From positions 2,170,001-2,234,000 of the forward strand of contig CM102288.1 of NCBI GenBank assembly GCA_046563655.1: a stretch of 64,000 bases of DNA. Direction: 5' to 3'. How positions within the stretch are numbered: position 1 is the stretch's first letter; every line of letters starts with the position of its first letter. The DNA is from Yuukianura sp. NJ FZ-2021. Taxonomy: Eukaryota. Shown one piece after another: positions 31,962 through 43,314 of the stretch. The translations under genes and the position numbers were made by a program. The notes below the pieces were generated by a model. It had not been told where the DNA came from. It saw only the letters and a program-made list of their open reading frames with translations, and made no database searches.

Positions 31962-33791
31962 ATGAGTAACACGGAGAGACAACTGTACTGGAAGAAATCC
32001 GGAGAGGAAAAGGAAGACAACCATGCAAAATGCAAGGCCATGAAGAGTATCTTGGAATCTCCTCTTGACGACCAACGGAACTTCCATCCGCATGTCCACA
32101 CGCATGACATAAACAGGAAAAGAGGGATTCATTCAGACAGGACGCTGCGTTGTTTACCTTTAAACAGGTGTAAATAATTTTCAATTAACGATTCGTAAAT
32201 AGTCAAGGTCAAAATCAAAACAATAGGATCGTGATGGAGTGACACGAAATTTTTGTGACATGGAGACACTCTATGGAAAATTATTACGTTCCTAATTTAA
32301 GTTTCCGCAATTGCAGCTTTGCAGCAGTCGAACACATCGTAAACAGGAAGTTAATTGATTCCTGGAATCCCAGCATAAGCATGATAAAACCCTGCTGGAC
32401 TGCCTGGACTTTGATTCGACCTGACGACTTCTATTATGGTCAAGTTGGTAAGCAATTGAAATTTTGTTAACCAGGATTTAATTACTACAAGCTAACTTTC
32501 GTCAATTCGTCAAAATTGTCGCCAATGTTTCATACCACGCTGTTCCATTCATCGTTTTCGCAGTTTCCCGGTAAACCGAAACTTATCTGACAGGATAGGG
32601 GATAGGAGGGGAAGTGCTTTCATATCGCTAAACTCATCAGATCTTATCTCCAATTGATTTTAAAACGAAAATGAAAGTACTAAAAGCGTAATCTTTTCTA
32701 TATTAAATGTGAAGATCAATTAAAAATCCAATCATTGCTGACCCTATACCACTTCAGCAACAGGTCGAAACCAATTCATCCCCGAGGTTGTGGCACTGCA
32801 TTGCATGTTTGCGAACTAAAAATTGTTTAAAGTTCTTTGATTTGAAGGTCGAGGTGCTGCTGGTTGAATTTCAAAACTGCAAAATATTGGATAGGATACA
32901 ATTGGAGAACTATGACTCCGACGCCTTTCAGCAAGGCGCTGTCTCCAGGAATGCCGACGTTTTCGCAGGATTGTTCCGAACAACTGGAGGACTTGAACTG
33001 TAATTGTGAAAACGATGAACCAGAAGAACCTTCCTCACAGAACAAGATGGAATTGATTAGTATCAACTACTATCTGGAGAATCCATGTGACGAACCCTGC
33101 TCAAGTATTCATAAACGAATTGATTTCAAAATGTTGATGAGATTACGACAAGCAGCACTGGAAGAAGTTTTTACAGTAAGACGTCTTGGGGAACCCAGTC
33201 AATCACAACCTTGGAATCCAGACTTCAGTTCTGGAAAATGCACGGCCGTGGTCAGGTAAAGCTCCACATGTTCTGCAATAATCAAATAAATCTGAGATTA
33301 GTATCGTATTGGCTATTAGTAAATTAACTTTTGTGTGAATTCAGGTTCAGAGTCAATCGACCGATAAACGTCGAGAGTTTCGGATTTTTCGGACCGCACG
33401 AAGCAGGAGGTCGCGGAAAATATCACATGGAGATATCGCTACTCACAGAAAACTACTGCGAAATTAGCAGTACAAAACAATTGACCCCGGTCGTCAAAAA
33501 CAACGACATTTTTCATGTCAAGTTTGACAATCCAGTGCCAATCCTGCCATGTATTTGGTACATGGCAAAATTTTCTTTGATGGTAAGGTCATGCGTCCCC
33601 TAAGGGCTAAAATTTTCTAAACATCAAAAAGTTTAATATTCGTCTTTGCTAAGGGTCCCCCGACTTCGCAGAGTTTCAAGATCGTTTCGCAATCCCGAAT
33701 CCTTTGTGGAGACTTTGGCGACGCAAATTTTTTATTCGAAATGCCTGATTCCAACCAGCTACCGGAAATTGGATTTAGCATTAGAGCGTAG
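31962..33791 (+). CDS. Divergent PHR-domain protein with no recognisable BTB domain
   Basis: C-terminal exons read RFRVNRPINVESFGFFGP..YHMEISL..FHVKFDNPVPILPCIWYMAKFSLMGP..FLF..NQLPEIGF, the PHR pattern seen in BTBD1/2/3/6 and Highwire/PAM. N-terminal exon structure is less certain and appears to need a 7-nt exon at 32564-32570. Confidence 0.65.
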
Positions 33792-34451
33792 ATAACCGAA
33801 GATGTTACACTGAACGAATTGACAATCCCTGACCGACCTCGACTTGACTTTTAAGTTCGTGATGCAACCCTTTGTTAATATTTCTATGGTGAGCCAGAAA
33901 TAGATCCTGAATCAGTTATTCCTGAATGACATGGACTGGACAGATCACTTTAAACGAAACTAAAGTCTACCATCATCGTCACCCTTACGAGAACGAGATT
34001 AAAAAACAAGATAAAAAGCAATTAAAGTTAATGAAAAGCATCGAATTTGTATCTGTGTGACATTCGTTAATAAACAGCAATACTTTTTCACACTGATTGG
34101 GTGGGAGCAAAAGTCACAAAACAAAGTAATTGAGTTAACAACGTGTTATATAAGCCTGGGGCTACGTGCTCCGCAAATCGTTCATGTAATTCAATACATT
34201 TCGTTGTTGAAATTGGTTCGTTTCCGTTTATAATTATAAGGCGAAGTGGTTTACTCGCAATGTCCCACGAATTTTCGCAAATTGCACAACACGGTGACCT
34301 TTGCAAAAATGAAAATGGTTCATTTCCCCAACGCATAAAGAAAAACTTGACACCATTTCAATTTTAGTTTCCCCAATACTTTTATACCGTGCCAAAGTAC
34401 AAGTACAAACGTAAAAATTTCACAAAAAAAAAATTGAAAAAGCGTTCAAAA

Positions 34452-35691
34452 ATGAAAAGGCGTTCATTTAATTTAAATAATCTCAGTGGGTTTTGTACCG
34501 TGGTAGCGCTGATAGCGCTTAACTGCAGCCACTGCGCTGCGCAAGGCTTCAACCGTACTTTGGTGGTACTGAACTCGAAAGGAGGCGTGGCCAGCGTCAC
34601 CAACATAACAGTGCCAGGGACGACGCTTACTACTATTGCATCACAAACTAAGCGCACGATAACAGAAAAACCGAATGCCGTTAAGACTGGGTCAACTGTT
34701 CGGCGTAACAACGAAACCGCAGCGATTCCGAAACACTCCGAACCCTGCGGAACCCCTAAAATTCCAACAAGAATGGATTCGGTAGCGCAGTTTAAAGAGT
34801 GGCCATGGCATGTTGCCATTGTAGAAGCGAAAGATGATTTGTACATTTGTGGCGGCTCATTAATCAGTGCTACAAAAATCTTAACTAGCGCTCATTGCTT
34901 GGCTCCTTACGTTCCGAATGAAGAGGCTTCCGGTAGAGTAACACCAATTCCAAGGCTTAAAATTCGGGCAGGAGAGTACGACGTGTCAACAAATTCCGAA
35001 GCGCTTCCACATTCCGAAGTAAATCTGTAACAAAACAAACATAAAATAAGTTTCAAAATACTTCAAAATGCCGAACTACAAAAATTTTGGTATTCGTTTC
35101 AGGTTTTGGTACATCAAATGACACTACATCCAGAATTTAACAGTAGAAATCTTGAGAACGACATCGCAGTGATACATTTGGCAAGACCGATTTTACCCGA
35201 GTTCCGAGAAAATATTTTACCGGTTTGCTTACCGAATGGATCCAGAGTGAACGAATCCAGAAGCGAAATGAGTTCGTTGAAACGTTGCGTCGTTACAGGA
35301 TGGGGACGTCGGAGTGAAAGTAATCGTTTTAACACTGCCACTTCACTTAGCAACTTCATTTTCAGTGTCGTTTTGCTTTCTAGGTTCAGGGTACTCCGTT
35401 GTATTGAAAGAAATCATCGTCCCACTCTGGGAAAATGATCGATGCGAACGTCAACTGTGGAAACACTTTGGAAGATCATTTGTGCTTCCAAAAAGTGGAC
35501 TTTGTGCTGGAGATGAAGAGAATGATGCTTGCGACGGAGACGGCGGAGGACCATTGACGTGTTTCCAAAATGGAGTGTGGGTTCAGCAGGGAATTGTGTC
35601 CTTTGGAGTTGGGTGTGGAAGGTCGGAGTCACCCGGAGTTTACACAAGAGTTTCGTCGTACTTGGATTTTCTCCAAAAAGAATTGGCTTAG
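34452..35691 (+). CDS. Secreted serine protease homolog (PPAF2/masquerade-like, catalytically inactive)
   Basis: Signal-peptide-like N-terminus; EWPWHVAI, CGGSLI, LTSAHC (His), ENDIAV (Asp), and DACDGDGGGP with Gly replacing the catalytic Ser; GIVSFGVGCG, PGVYTRV. Three exons. Confidence 0.88.
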
Positions 35692-35848
35692 GAGTGAAGC
35701 TAAACAGAAGCTTCAATTCGAGGAGTTAAGTTACAAATTAAGTGTCCATGTACTAAGATTTCCAATTGCTGCCAAGAATTAAAAAAAAGTTTAATGTGTA
35801 AGAAATGAAGACTTACGTAAGGATAAGGAATTAGCCAAAATCTAAGAA

Positions 35849-36277
35849 CTAATCTTGAGCCACAAATGGATTTGCAATTTGCTCCATTCCTTCGGCAGGA
35901 CAAATCAGAATGACGGAAGTACCGCGACACACGACGAGACCCAGCGGACGACGATCTTCTGTGACTTTCATTGGATCGTCGGGATCTAAATCCAAGCAAA
36001 AGAAAACAATGTTATTCAATTGATATGAAAAGACTTTGAAAACTGAATTGAAATTGGAAATAGACTCACCACGAATGAATTCCATGGTGTCGTCCAGCAC
36101 CAAATTCAACAGGGCATCGAATCCTTTCAATACTCCGATAGCTTCTCGTCCCCCTGAGAACTTAACTCTGATGACCTTGTCCAAGTAGCCGCTGACGTCC
36201 ATGATCGATTCTTTCCTTTTTCGGTCCTTCATATCTCCGCCAATTGGGCCGCTCCCAGCACCGCCACCTACTGACAT
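35849..36277 (-). CDS. LSM7: U6 snRNA-associated Sm-like protein LSm7
   Basis: KRKESIMDV..YLDKVIRVKFSGGRE..GVLKGFDALLNLVLD and LGLVVCRGTSVILICP..GMEQIANPF. In-frame 84-nt intron 35986-36069. Confidence 0.95.
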   Translation of the reverse strand: MSVGGGAGSGPIGGDMKDRKRKESIMDVSGYLDKVIRVKFSGGREAIGVLKGFDALLNLVLDDTMEFIRGESISNFNSVFKVFSYQLNNIVFFCLDLDPDDPMKVTEDRRPLGLVVCRGTSVILICPAEGMEQIANPFVAQD

Positions 36278-37472
36278 CTTGCCTGCTCTCTGAAATTAAA
36301 TTTAATCTGGATTAAGTTCGACGTTTTTCTAACGTTTCGACTGTCTCTTTTAACGATTACCTGCCGATTTTTTCAGTGTGTTAAAACGTAAACTTGTCGT
36401 GTTCAATCCCAATTCGTGCCTTTATCGCTGTAAACCAGCTACGCTTGATACGGGTCACGTGTTACCTCAATTGTTCAATTAAACGAGTATTTTAGAAGAG
36501 CACAGGAATTAAAAACAACGATTGCGATTACCGGTTTTCAATTCTACAATTTTAAAAAGTTTGAAAACCCAAATGGCAAAATTTGAAAAAAAAAATGTTT
36601 TGTTTTTACTCCGTTTGAATTTTTTCCCGGTTTTTCCATGAAGCGGTGGGGCAGTGTGAGACAGGTGGTTCACAGTGTGTTGGCGTAACAATCGTTTTTT
36701 GAACGACACCTTCAACTGACAACACTGAAAATTGTTCAGCTCACTGGTAGGTCAAAGGTCATATTTCTAAAATCCAAAACCCATATCATAGTTAAACCAT
36801 GTATTAAATTTCAAAGATCGAATTCAGGCAATGTAAAAAAAAAGTCGAGAATCGTCGAGAATGACAATGCACCACAAATATTTTGGCGGAAAATTCAAAC
36901 TCGTCACCCAAAATTTGCCAATTTCCTCAATTTTTTTTTTAGTTTTTTTTTCGTATTACTTTCGTCATTTTTGTGTCGTCATTTTGACTCACAACATTAA
37001 ATTTCGCCAGCTTTTTCTGCTTCTAATTGCCTGTTTGGGCATTTATACATTGTGCAGTTTTTTCATTTCATTCAATTACACTACTCTTCTCTGGTCTTAC
37101 CTTCTCTGTGCAGATTGTTCCAGGTTAACTCAGCCAGCTGAATTATTTTATCATTAATTTACACTCGCCTAAGTGTAAATTAATAATAAAATAATTGGCT
37201 CTGCAGAGGACCAGGTAAATTCACTTCACAATCACATATTTCAAGTTGAAATAGTTGAAATATGAAAAGTTTCGAGAGGTCGAAGTTCATTTCAACAATA
37301 AGCAGAGAACAACCAATATACACATACATAGAAACATATGATCTGGTTGATCACTTGACCTTCGAACTTTTTTCATAGTGGGAAACGGAGTCAACGAACG
37401 TAACACTGTGGACTACTAGAAGAACGTCATCGTTACGTTAGCTTAAGGCTTCGATTGTTCGATTAAAAAGTG

Positions 37473-39208
37473 ATGGAAGAATCGGAACCAGTCGTACCAA
37501 TGTCGTCGTCAGTTATATCATCACTCCGGGACCGCGGAGGACCAACCATGGCTATGGCCCTTGCAGCGTCATTAGAATCCGACGCAGGCTCAGCGAAGAA
37601 GGTATGAAATTTTGTCCTAATGTTATTAATTTTTGATTGATTACTTTACGGATTTTAATTGTTATAGGCTTCCACTTCTACGAATCCTGTTCAAATTGTG
37701 GCTGAGTCTGCGACTGGAAAAACTACTGACCTTCCGGGATGCGCTCACTACAAAAGAAAATGTCAACTTGTGGTAAATTGGTCTAAATTTGCCTCTTAAC
37801 TTTCTAAACCGAGACAACTTGATTCAAATGTGTTTGTTTTTATAGTGCCCGGATCCAAAATGTGACAAAGTCTACACTTGCCGAATTTGCCACGATGAAG
37901 CGGAGCTGGGACATCAACTTGACAGACATAAAGTTAAGGAAGTGGTCTGTGTAAACTGCAAGGAGAGACAACCAGTATCGAACTGTTGTATAAAATGTTC
38001 TACCATTTTTGGAAGCGTAAGCTAAGCTGAAATTGACTTGGACATTATTGAATTCTAACTTAAAAGTTAACCTGTCCCGTGTCCTTTTTCAGTTTTTCTG
38101 TCGGATATGCAACCTCTTCATGGATGTGTACAAGGAAACCTTCCACTGTAAGGATATTCAACACTACTGCCAGCATTGAGTGTGTTGAATTAATTGAGTT
38201 TCATTTTTACAACAAAGGTGACGGTTGCGGACTTTGTCGAGTTGGTCCGAAAGACAACTTTTTCCATTGCGACAAATGTGCCATGTGCATGCCAGTTAGC
38301 GTAAGTTTTATTAATTACTGCTTTCAATTACAAATCATAATTAAGATGAGTGATGATTACGATAAGACAAACCATTAATTTTACTATTTTCAACAGATGG
38401 GAGAGGGCAAGCATAAGGTAACATTTTTCTTCTTCAAATGCTTGAAATATGTCGTATTTCCTTTAAATATGAACGCTTACAATTTGAAATTCATATTTGT
38501 TTTCAGTGTATTGAAAAATCATCTCAGCGTGACTGTCCCGTTTGTCTGGAAGACATTCACACGTCACGAGCAAGTTCACATGTACCACCTTGCGGTCATT
38601 TACTACACCAGCGTTAGTAAAGATTATCAACTTGAATCACGTTTTGTGTTCATGAACACTCAACATTGAACTTAACCTATTTGTGGTTTATGTTTTTAGA
38701 TTGCTTCAACCAACTCATCCACAAGGCTTTGTACACTTGTCCCATTTGTAATCAATCTATGATTGACATGAAAGTTGTCTGGAAGTACTTGGATGACCAA
38801 CTAGCAGCTTCCCCTCCTCTTCCTCCTGAATTCGCCAATGAAGTTCAAATCCTTTGTCGCGATTGTCATGAGGTAATGCTATTACAGCATTGTACAAAGG
38901 AACCTGCGAATTTAATGTTGTTTTGTTTTTCTGCTTAGCTGAGTACAGTCATGTTTCACTTTATTGGACTCAAATGCGGAGCCTGTGGTGGTTACAATAC
39001 ATGTATTGAACGCGGATCAGCCCTCAATCCAGAAGCACTTGCCTTGCAGCAAAATGAGCAAATACTAATTGATTTAGCAGGGGAGGATGAGGGGGAAAAT
39101 GACGAAGATGAGGAAGAAGACGATGAAGATGAAGAAGATGAACTGAACGAAACAGTAGACACCGATGCCGAAACAGAAACAGATGAGTTCGATATAGTCA
39201 ATGGATAA
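37473..39208 (+). CDS. RCHY1: RING finger and CHY zinc finger protein 1 (Pirh2) with acidic tail
   Basis: GCAHYKRKC..YTCRICHDE (CHY), FHCDGCGLCRVG..FFHCDKC (CTCHY), CPVCLEDIHTSR..PPCGHLLH..CPIC (RING), ILCRDC..FHFIGLKCGACGGYNT; about ten short exons. Confidence 0.92.
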
Positions 39209-40233
39209 TTCTAAAATTTATTAAGGCTATAGCGCTGAAACTTTTTGAATTTCCTGAAACTTATTGCACGTTCATAACGTTTTCGTAAGGTTCTAACATC
39301 ATCACAAAAAAAAATCTAAACATCAAAAATGTAAGCTGTTAAAAATCTACGCACACAAAATCTAAACTTGTTAAGCTAATTTCTGTTGGCGCAGGTGTAG
39401 ACCATTTCCTGGTGTAGATTTTTAACTGGTTAGATTTTTGTTGTTTAGATTTTATGACTTTTGGGTTGTTTTCATAAAACATCCAAAGTCGAGTCAGTTT
39501 TATGAAAATCAAAATTCTATGTTCAAAATTTTGAAGGCTAAAACACAAACTGAAACATAATAGAAATAATATCCTAATCCATGTTAATTATCTTAATTAA
39601 CTTCTATCACCAATTAATATTCAATCTTTTAATTTCACTTTAACTAGGTTATTATTACACAATTTTTTTTTGAATTTGGTTTATTGTTTATCCGTGTACT
39701 AAAAAAATGTTGACTAAAAACTTGAAGTTTTAGTAACTGTGTTTCTAGATGTTCAATTTTTTGAAATGACTGACTTCGAATTGGGATTTCAACGTTGAGC
39801 TTCTAAGATTAAGATGTCTACCGTAATCGTGATGATTTTGGTAAGTTTTTTTTGTATGTAAAATTGAAATTTTGTGTTATTATGCAATTCATGTAATTGT
39901 TGCTAAATCATTTTGTTATTTTGAAGGAAATCAAGGTGAGAGCGAGGAACAATATGAGCTCACTGTCGTCATTGTCTCGAGGTAAACTTGTTTCATCTTT
40001 TTATGTAATTTTAGTTAAGTACTTACAAGAAAACGACTTTGAGTGAGGAAGAATATGCAAAATGAGGAAGATGGCACTTTGCCATTGACATTTTTATTAA
40101 ATTTTGTCTTGTCTTGTTTTTTCTTAGGTAATTTACATTCTACACACGTCTGTTTTGTCTGGCGGGAATTCTTAAGTGCGTCATTATTATGATGGTCGTC
40201 TTCAGTCCTGTCAGGAATCGCTGGAAGCGATGT

Positions 40234-40590
40234 CTATCCGCCTCTACTCAGTGCCTGTTCACGAGCGCTGTTTGCCTTGGCTAAAGCCTGTTTGAGTCCT
40301 GGAGGAAGTCCATCGTTTTCACCATCAGTCCAACCGTACGTGTATGGCTTATGCACTCCATCTTCTTCCAGTGGGACAGGAGCTGACGTAACCATGACCA
40401 GCATCACCATGGCCACGATGAGGAATAGAAGCTAAGAAATAAAAAAAAAATCAAGATTCTGGAAAAGTACTGGAGAACTGGACAAAACTTTCAGCGATTC
40501 TGCGCTCGCTGCTTCAAAATAGGACCGTCTAGTTCGAGTTTGTGGAGCTTTTGAATAAGTTGGAACGTGTCTTACCGTGCCCTTTGACAT
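40234..40590 (-). CDS. 70-aa secreted peptide of unknown family (2 exons)
   Basis: Exon 40576-40590 (MSKGT) and exon 40234-40431 give MSKGTLLFLIVAMVMLVMVTSA-PVPLEEDGVHKPYTYGWTDGENDGLPPGLKQALAKANSAREQALSRGG. Canonical GTAAGA/TTAG splice sites, signal peptide, TATA box upstream. Confidence 0.75.
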
Positions 40591-40681
40591 GATGACCTAC
40601 GATTTACTTGACTTGGTGCGAAATGAAGCTGTATCAACTTGAAGATGCTTTGTGTTACTAATTGACTTGGATGTAGGACCC

Positions 40682-40689
40682 CTTTTATA
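40682..40689 (-). promoter_or_regulatory. TATA box (TATAAAAG) of the secreted-peptide gene
   Basis: Canonical TATA consensus about 90 bp upstream of the ATG at 40590 on the minus strand. Confidence 0.6.
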
Positions 40690-41160
40690 TAAACTAGAAG
40701 ATGTGTGCTGGGGGATAAAGAATAACTCGACACAAGGTCATCAACATTTCCAATCAGAATCAACATTTTGACCATCATTCCCTTGGCTTTTGGGTGTCTA
40801 AATCCAATTTTGAGGATTCTTCTTTCTGCGCACCTCCTTTTCCCACTTAACTTGACCGATTAACCGCCCACTTTGGTTAACATAAATCGTAAGCTTCAAT
40901 TACGTCGTGTCTCTTGATACACTTGGCATTTTTAAACATTTGCACAGTTAATATTGCAAGTTAACAATTTTCTGTGTTTAGCATCTCTCAAAGTGGTTTT
41001 CAAGGGCCCCCTTTGTCTGGAGTGGCCACTTGATATTCATTGTCACAAAGTTACAAAATTAGGTCACTTTAAGGTGTGAATGACTGAATGAATATTTAAT
41101 CAAGGGGTAATAAGGGCTTTGGGCCAAAAAGGTCGTAACCCTTACAAAAGGTCAAGAGAC

Positions 41161-41410
41161 CCAGTGATAATGTTAATGTAAGGGGCCCAACGTTATGTTA
41201 ATGTAACAGGCCCATTCTCATGTTAATCTTACATAACCTAACATTGGGTCTCTTGAAATAATAATAACATTGGTTTTCTAGACCGAATAACATCAAATTG
41301 GGCCTCCTACATTAACATAATCGTTATGTTGATGTAAAAGACGCAATGTTAAGTTATGCTAAAGAATAAGGATAGGACATCTTTGAAGAAGATTAACGTT
41401 ATGCTGATGT
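41161..41410. repeat. Degenerate ~25-bp minisatellite in both orientations (fold-back)
   Basis: Repeated GTTATGTTAATGTAA(GGGGCCCAA)-like units. 41170-41190 is a 19/21 inverted match to 41298-41318; near-perfect hairpin at 41308-41336. Confidence 0.6.
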
Positions 41411-43314
41411 GTTCTGTCTGAGAGTAAATTACTATGTAATTTATCAAAGGATGGGACACTTCAAAGCTGTCACCGTCACTTGATGACCTTTCTGAAATTA
41501 GTGTCATGTTCAAAACAATGTGTGCTGTTCCCTTGTTGCAAATTTTTGAAGTGACAGCTTTTTTAAGATTTACATTCTTTTGTGTAAGGTTAAGTACTTT
41601 GCGTAAAACTTAGGGAAGGTGGGGAACAGGATTGGCAGGCATAGAGGGTGTAAGTGGGAAAGGTCAAAGGTGAAATTAAAAGATCAATATACGTTAGACA
41701 AGACGAGGATGCTGTGTGGTTACGTTTTTGGCATTATGATAAATATGTTTTGGCGAATGACGAAGGAGAACGTGCAAATTTAAGTGTGCACAGTAGGAGC
41801 GTCATTGATTTTGCAAATCGGATGTGTGTAGGCCAAATGGGAAATGTTTGCAAATTCCTGTCCGGAAAAGACTTTGCCAATTCCTGCTCCCTCTCATTTT
41901 TACTTTTCCGAATTTGCGAATCTGCCGAATCTTGAAGAAGATTCGCTAGATTTTTTTTTATACAAGGCAAAAAAGTACGTTATAAAAAAATACGCAAATG
42001 CGAGAGAGCAAGAGAGAGGCGATTCTCTCTCAAATCCCAGCCCACTTTTCCCTCGACACTCTCACTTTTCTTTTCGAAGGAGGATTCAAGTGGACTTGGA
42101 CGTAAAAAGTGACGTCCACTGTCTTTAGGTAAGATTTAGTCAAGTTTAAGGTTAATCGATCATCTAACATCTAAAGAAGTCAGTCGTGTCCTGCCCAGTG
42201 ACGATTTATGACTTAGGAAGAGTCATAACATTGGAATTGGTAATCAAGTGATAGACTAAACGGACAGTTTGGGAGTTGATATCAGCTGTGCTGTTTAGTG
42301 GATTAGGATTAATAATTTAGTACAAAGACTGACTCAATACCTAGTTCGACCTTGTCGTGTTCCAACTTGGACGTTGTCTCCACCTTTCAGCATACCATCA
42401 TCATTAAAACTTATGCAAACACCAAGGACCAAGGCGTAGTAATGACTTAATCGATGCCGATTATTAACGGTTCCTCACTGGCGGTATCCCAAAATAAACT
42501 GAACGAAAACTATTCAAGTTGAGGAAATTGGATATCATTTTCTTTAGATTTTTGGCTGCAAAAGAAGTGTCAATTGTCAACGTACTGTGCTACCGGACTC
42601 GACACAAGGAAATAGGAAAGACTTAAGCGTGTTGATACGTTAACCTTGACATAGAACACGGAACGGACACCGCGGAAGTTCTGCGAGGTTGAAGCGGCGG
42701 GTCATCGGGTATTGACATTACACATAACCGTCTAGTGATTGGATTGGACGAGCTATTTTTAGAATTCAGCGATTTTAAGAAACGAAACGGTAAGAGCCGC
42801 TGACGTCTCAAAAACTTCTAAAAAACTTTCCGATCTAGGTATGTTTTAATTAAAGTTTTTTGGTTTTTAGATTCCAGCGATTCAGGACGATTTGACTTTT
42901 TGACGGAACTGGATACGGAGTTACTGGAATTTTCTGGACAAGAAAAACTTTAGACGACGAAATTAGAACTGTTACGGAAGGTTTTGAAACTGGATAATAT
43001 GAGGAGTCTGTGGTAGTTCTTAGGAAAAGTGGACCGTTTTGGACTTCCTTCTGCAGTAATTTTGGTAAACCACTCAACCAACTTACGTAGCAACTCAGCT
43101 GTTAAATTACGTACATTTAATTTGATTTGATCATTTAGCTGCCAATTTCATCAGTTCAGGATTGCCTTTGAAACATTCATTCCTTCCCTTCATTTGTGTT
43201 AATTTTGATGGTCGTGTGAGTGTAGGTATCGATTGTAATCGATTTATATTTGTACTTTTCCATTGACAGAGACTAAGAAGACGGAGGTGTTAGATCTCTT
43301 GGTAGTGTTGAAGA

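Noticed and set aside
34452..35691. Ser-to-Gly change as a sign of pseudogenisation
   Set aside because: The frame is intact and GDGGGP is the standard signature of functional arthropod serine protease homologs.
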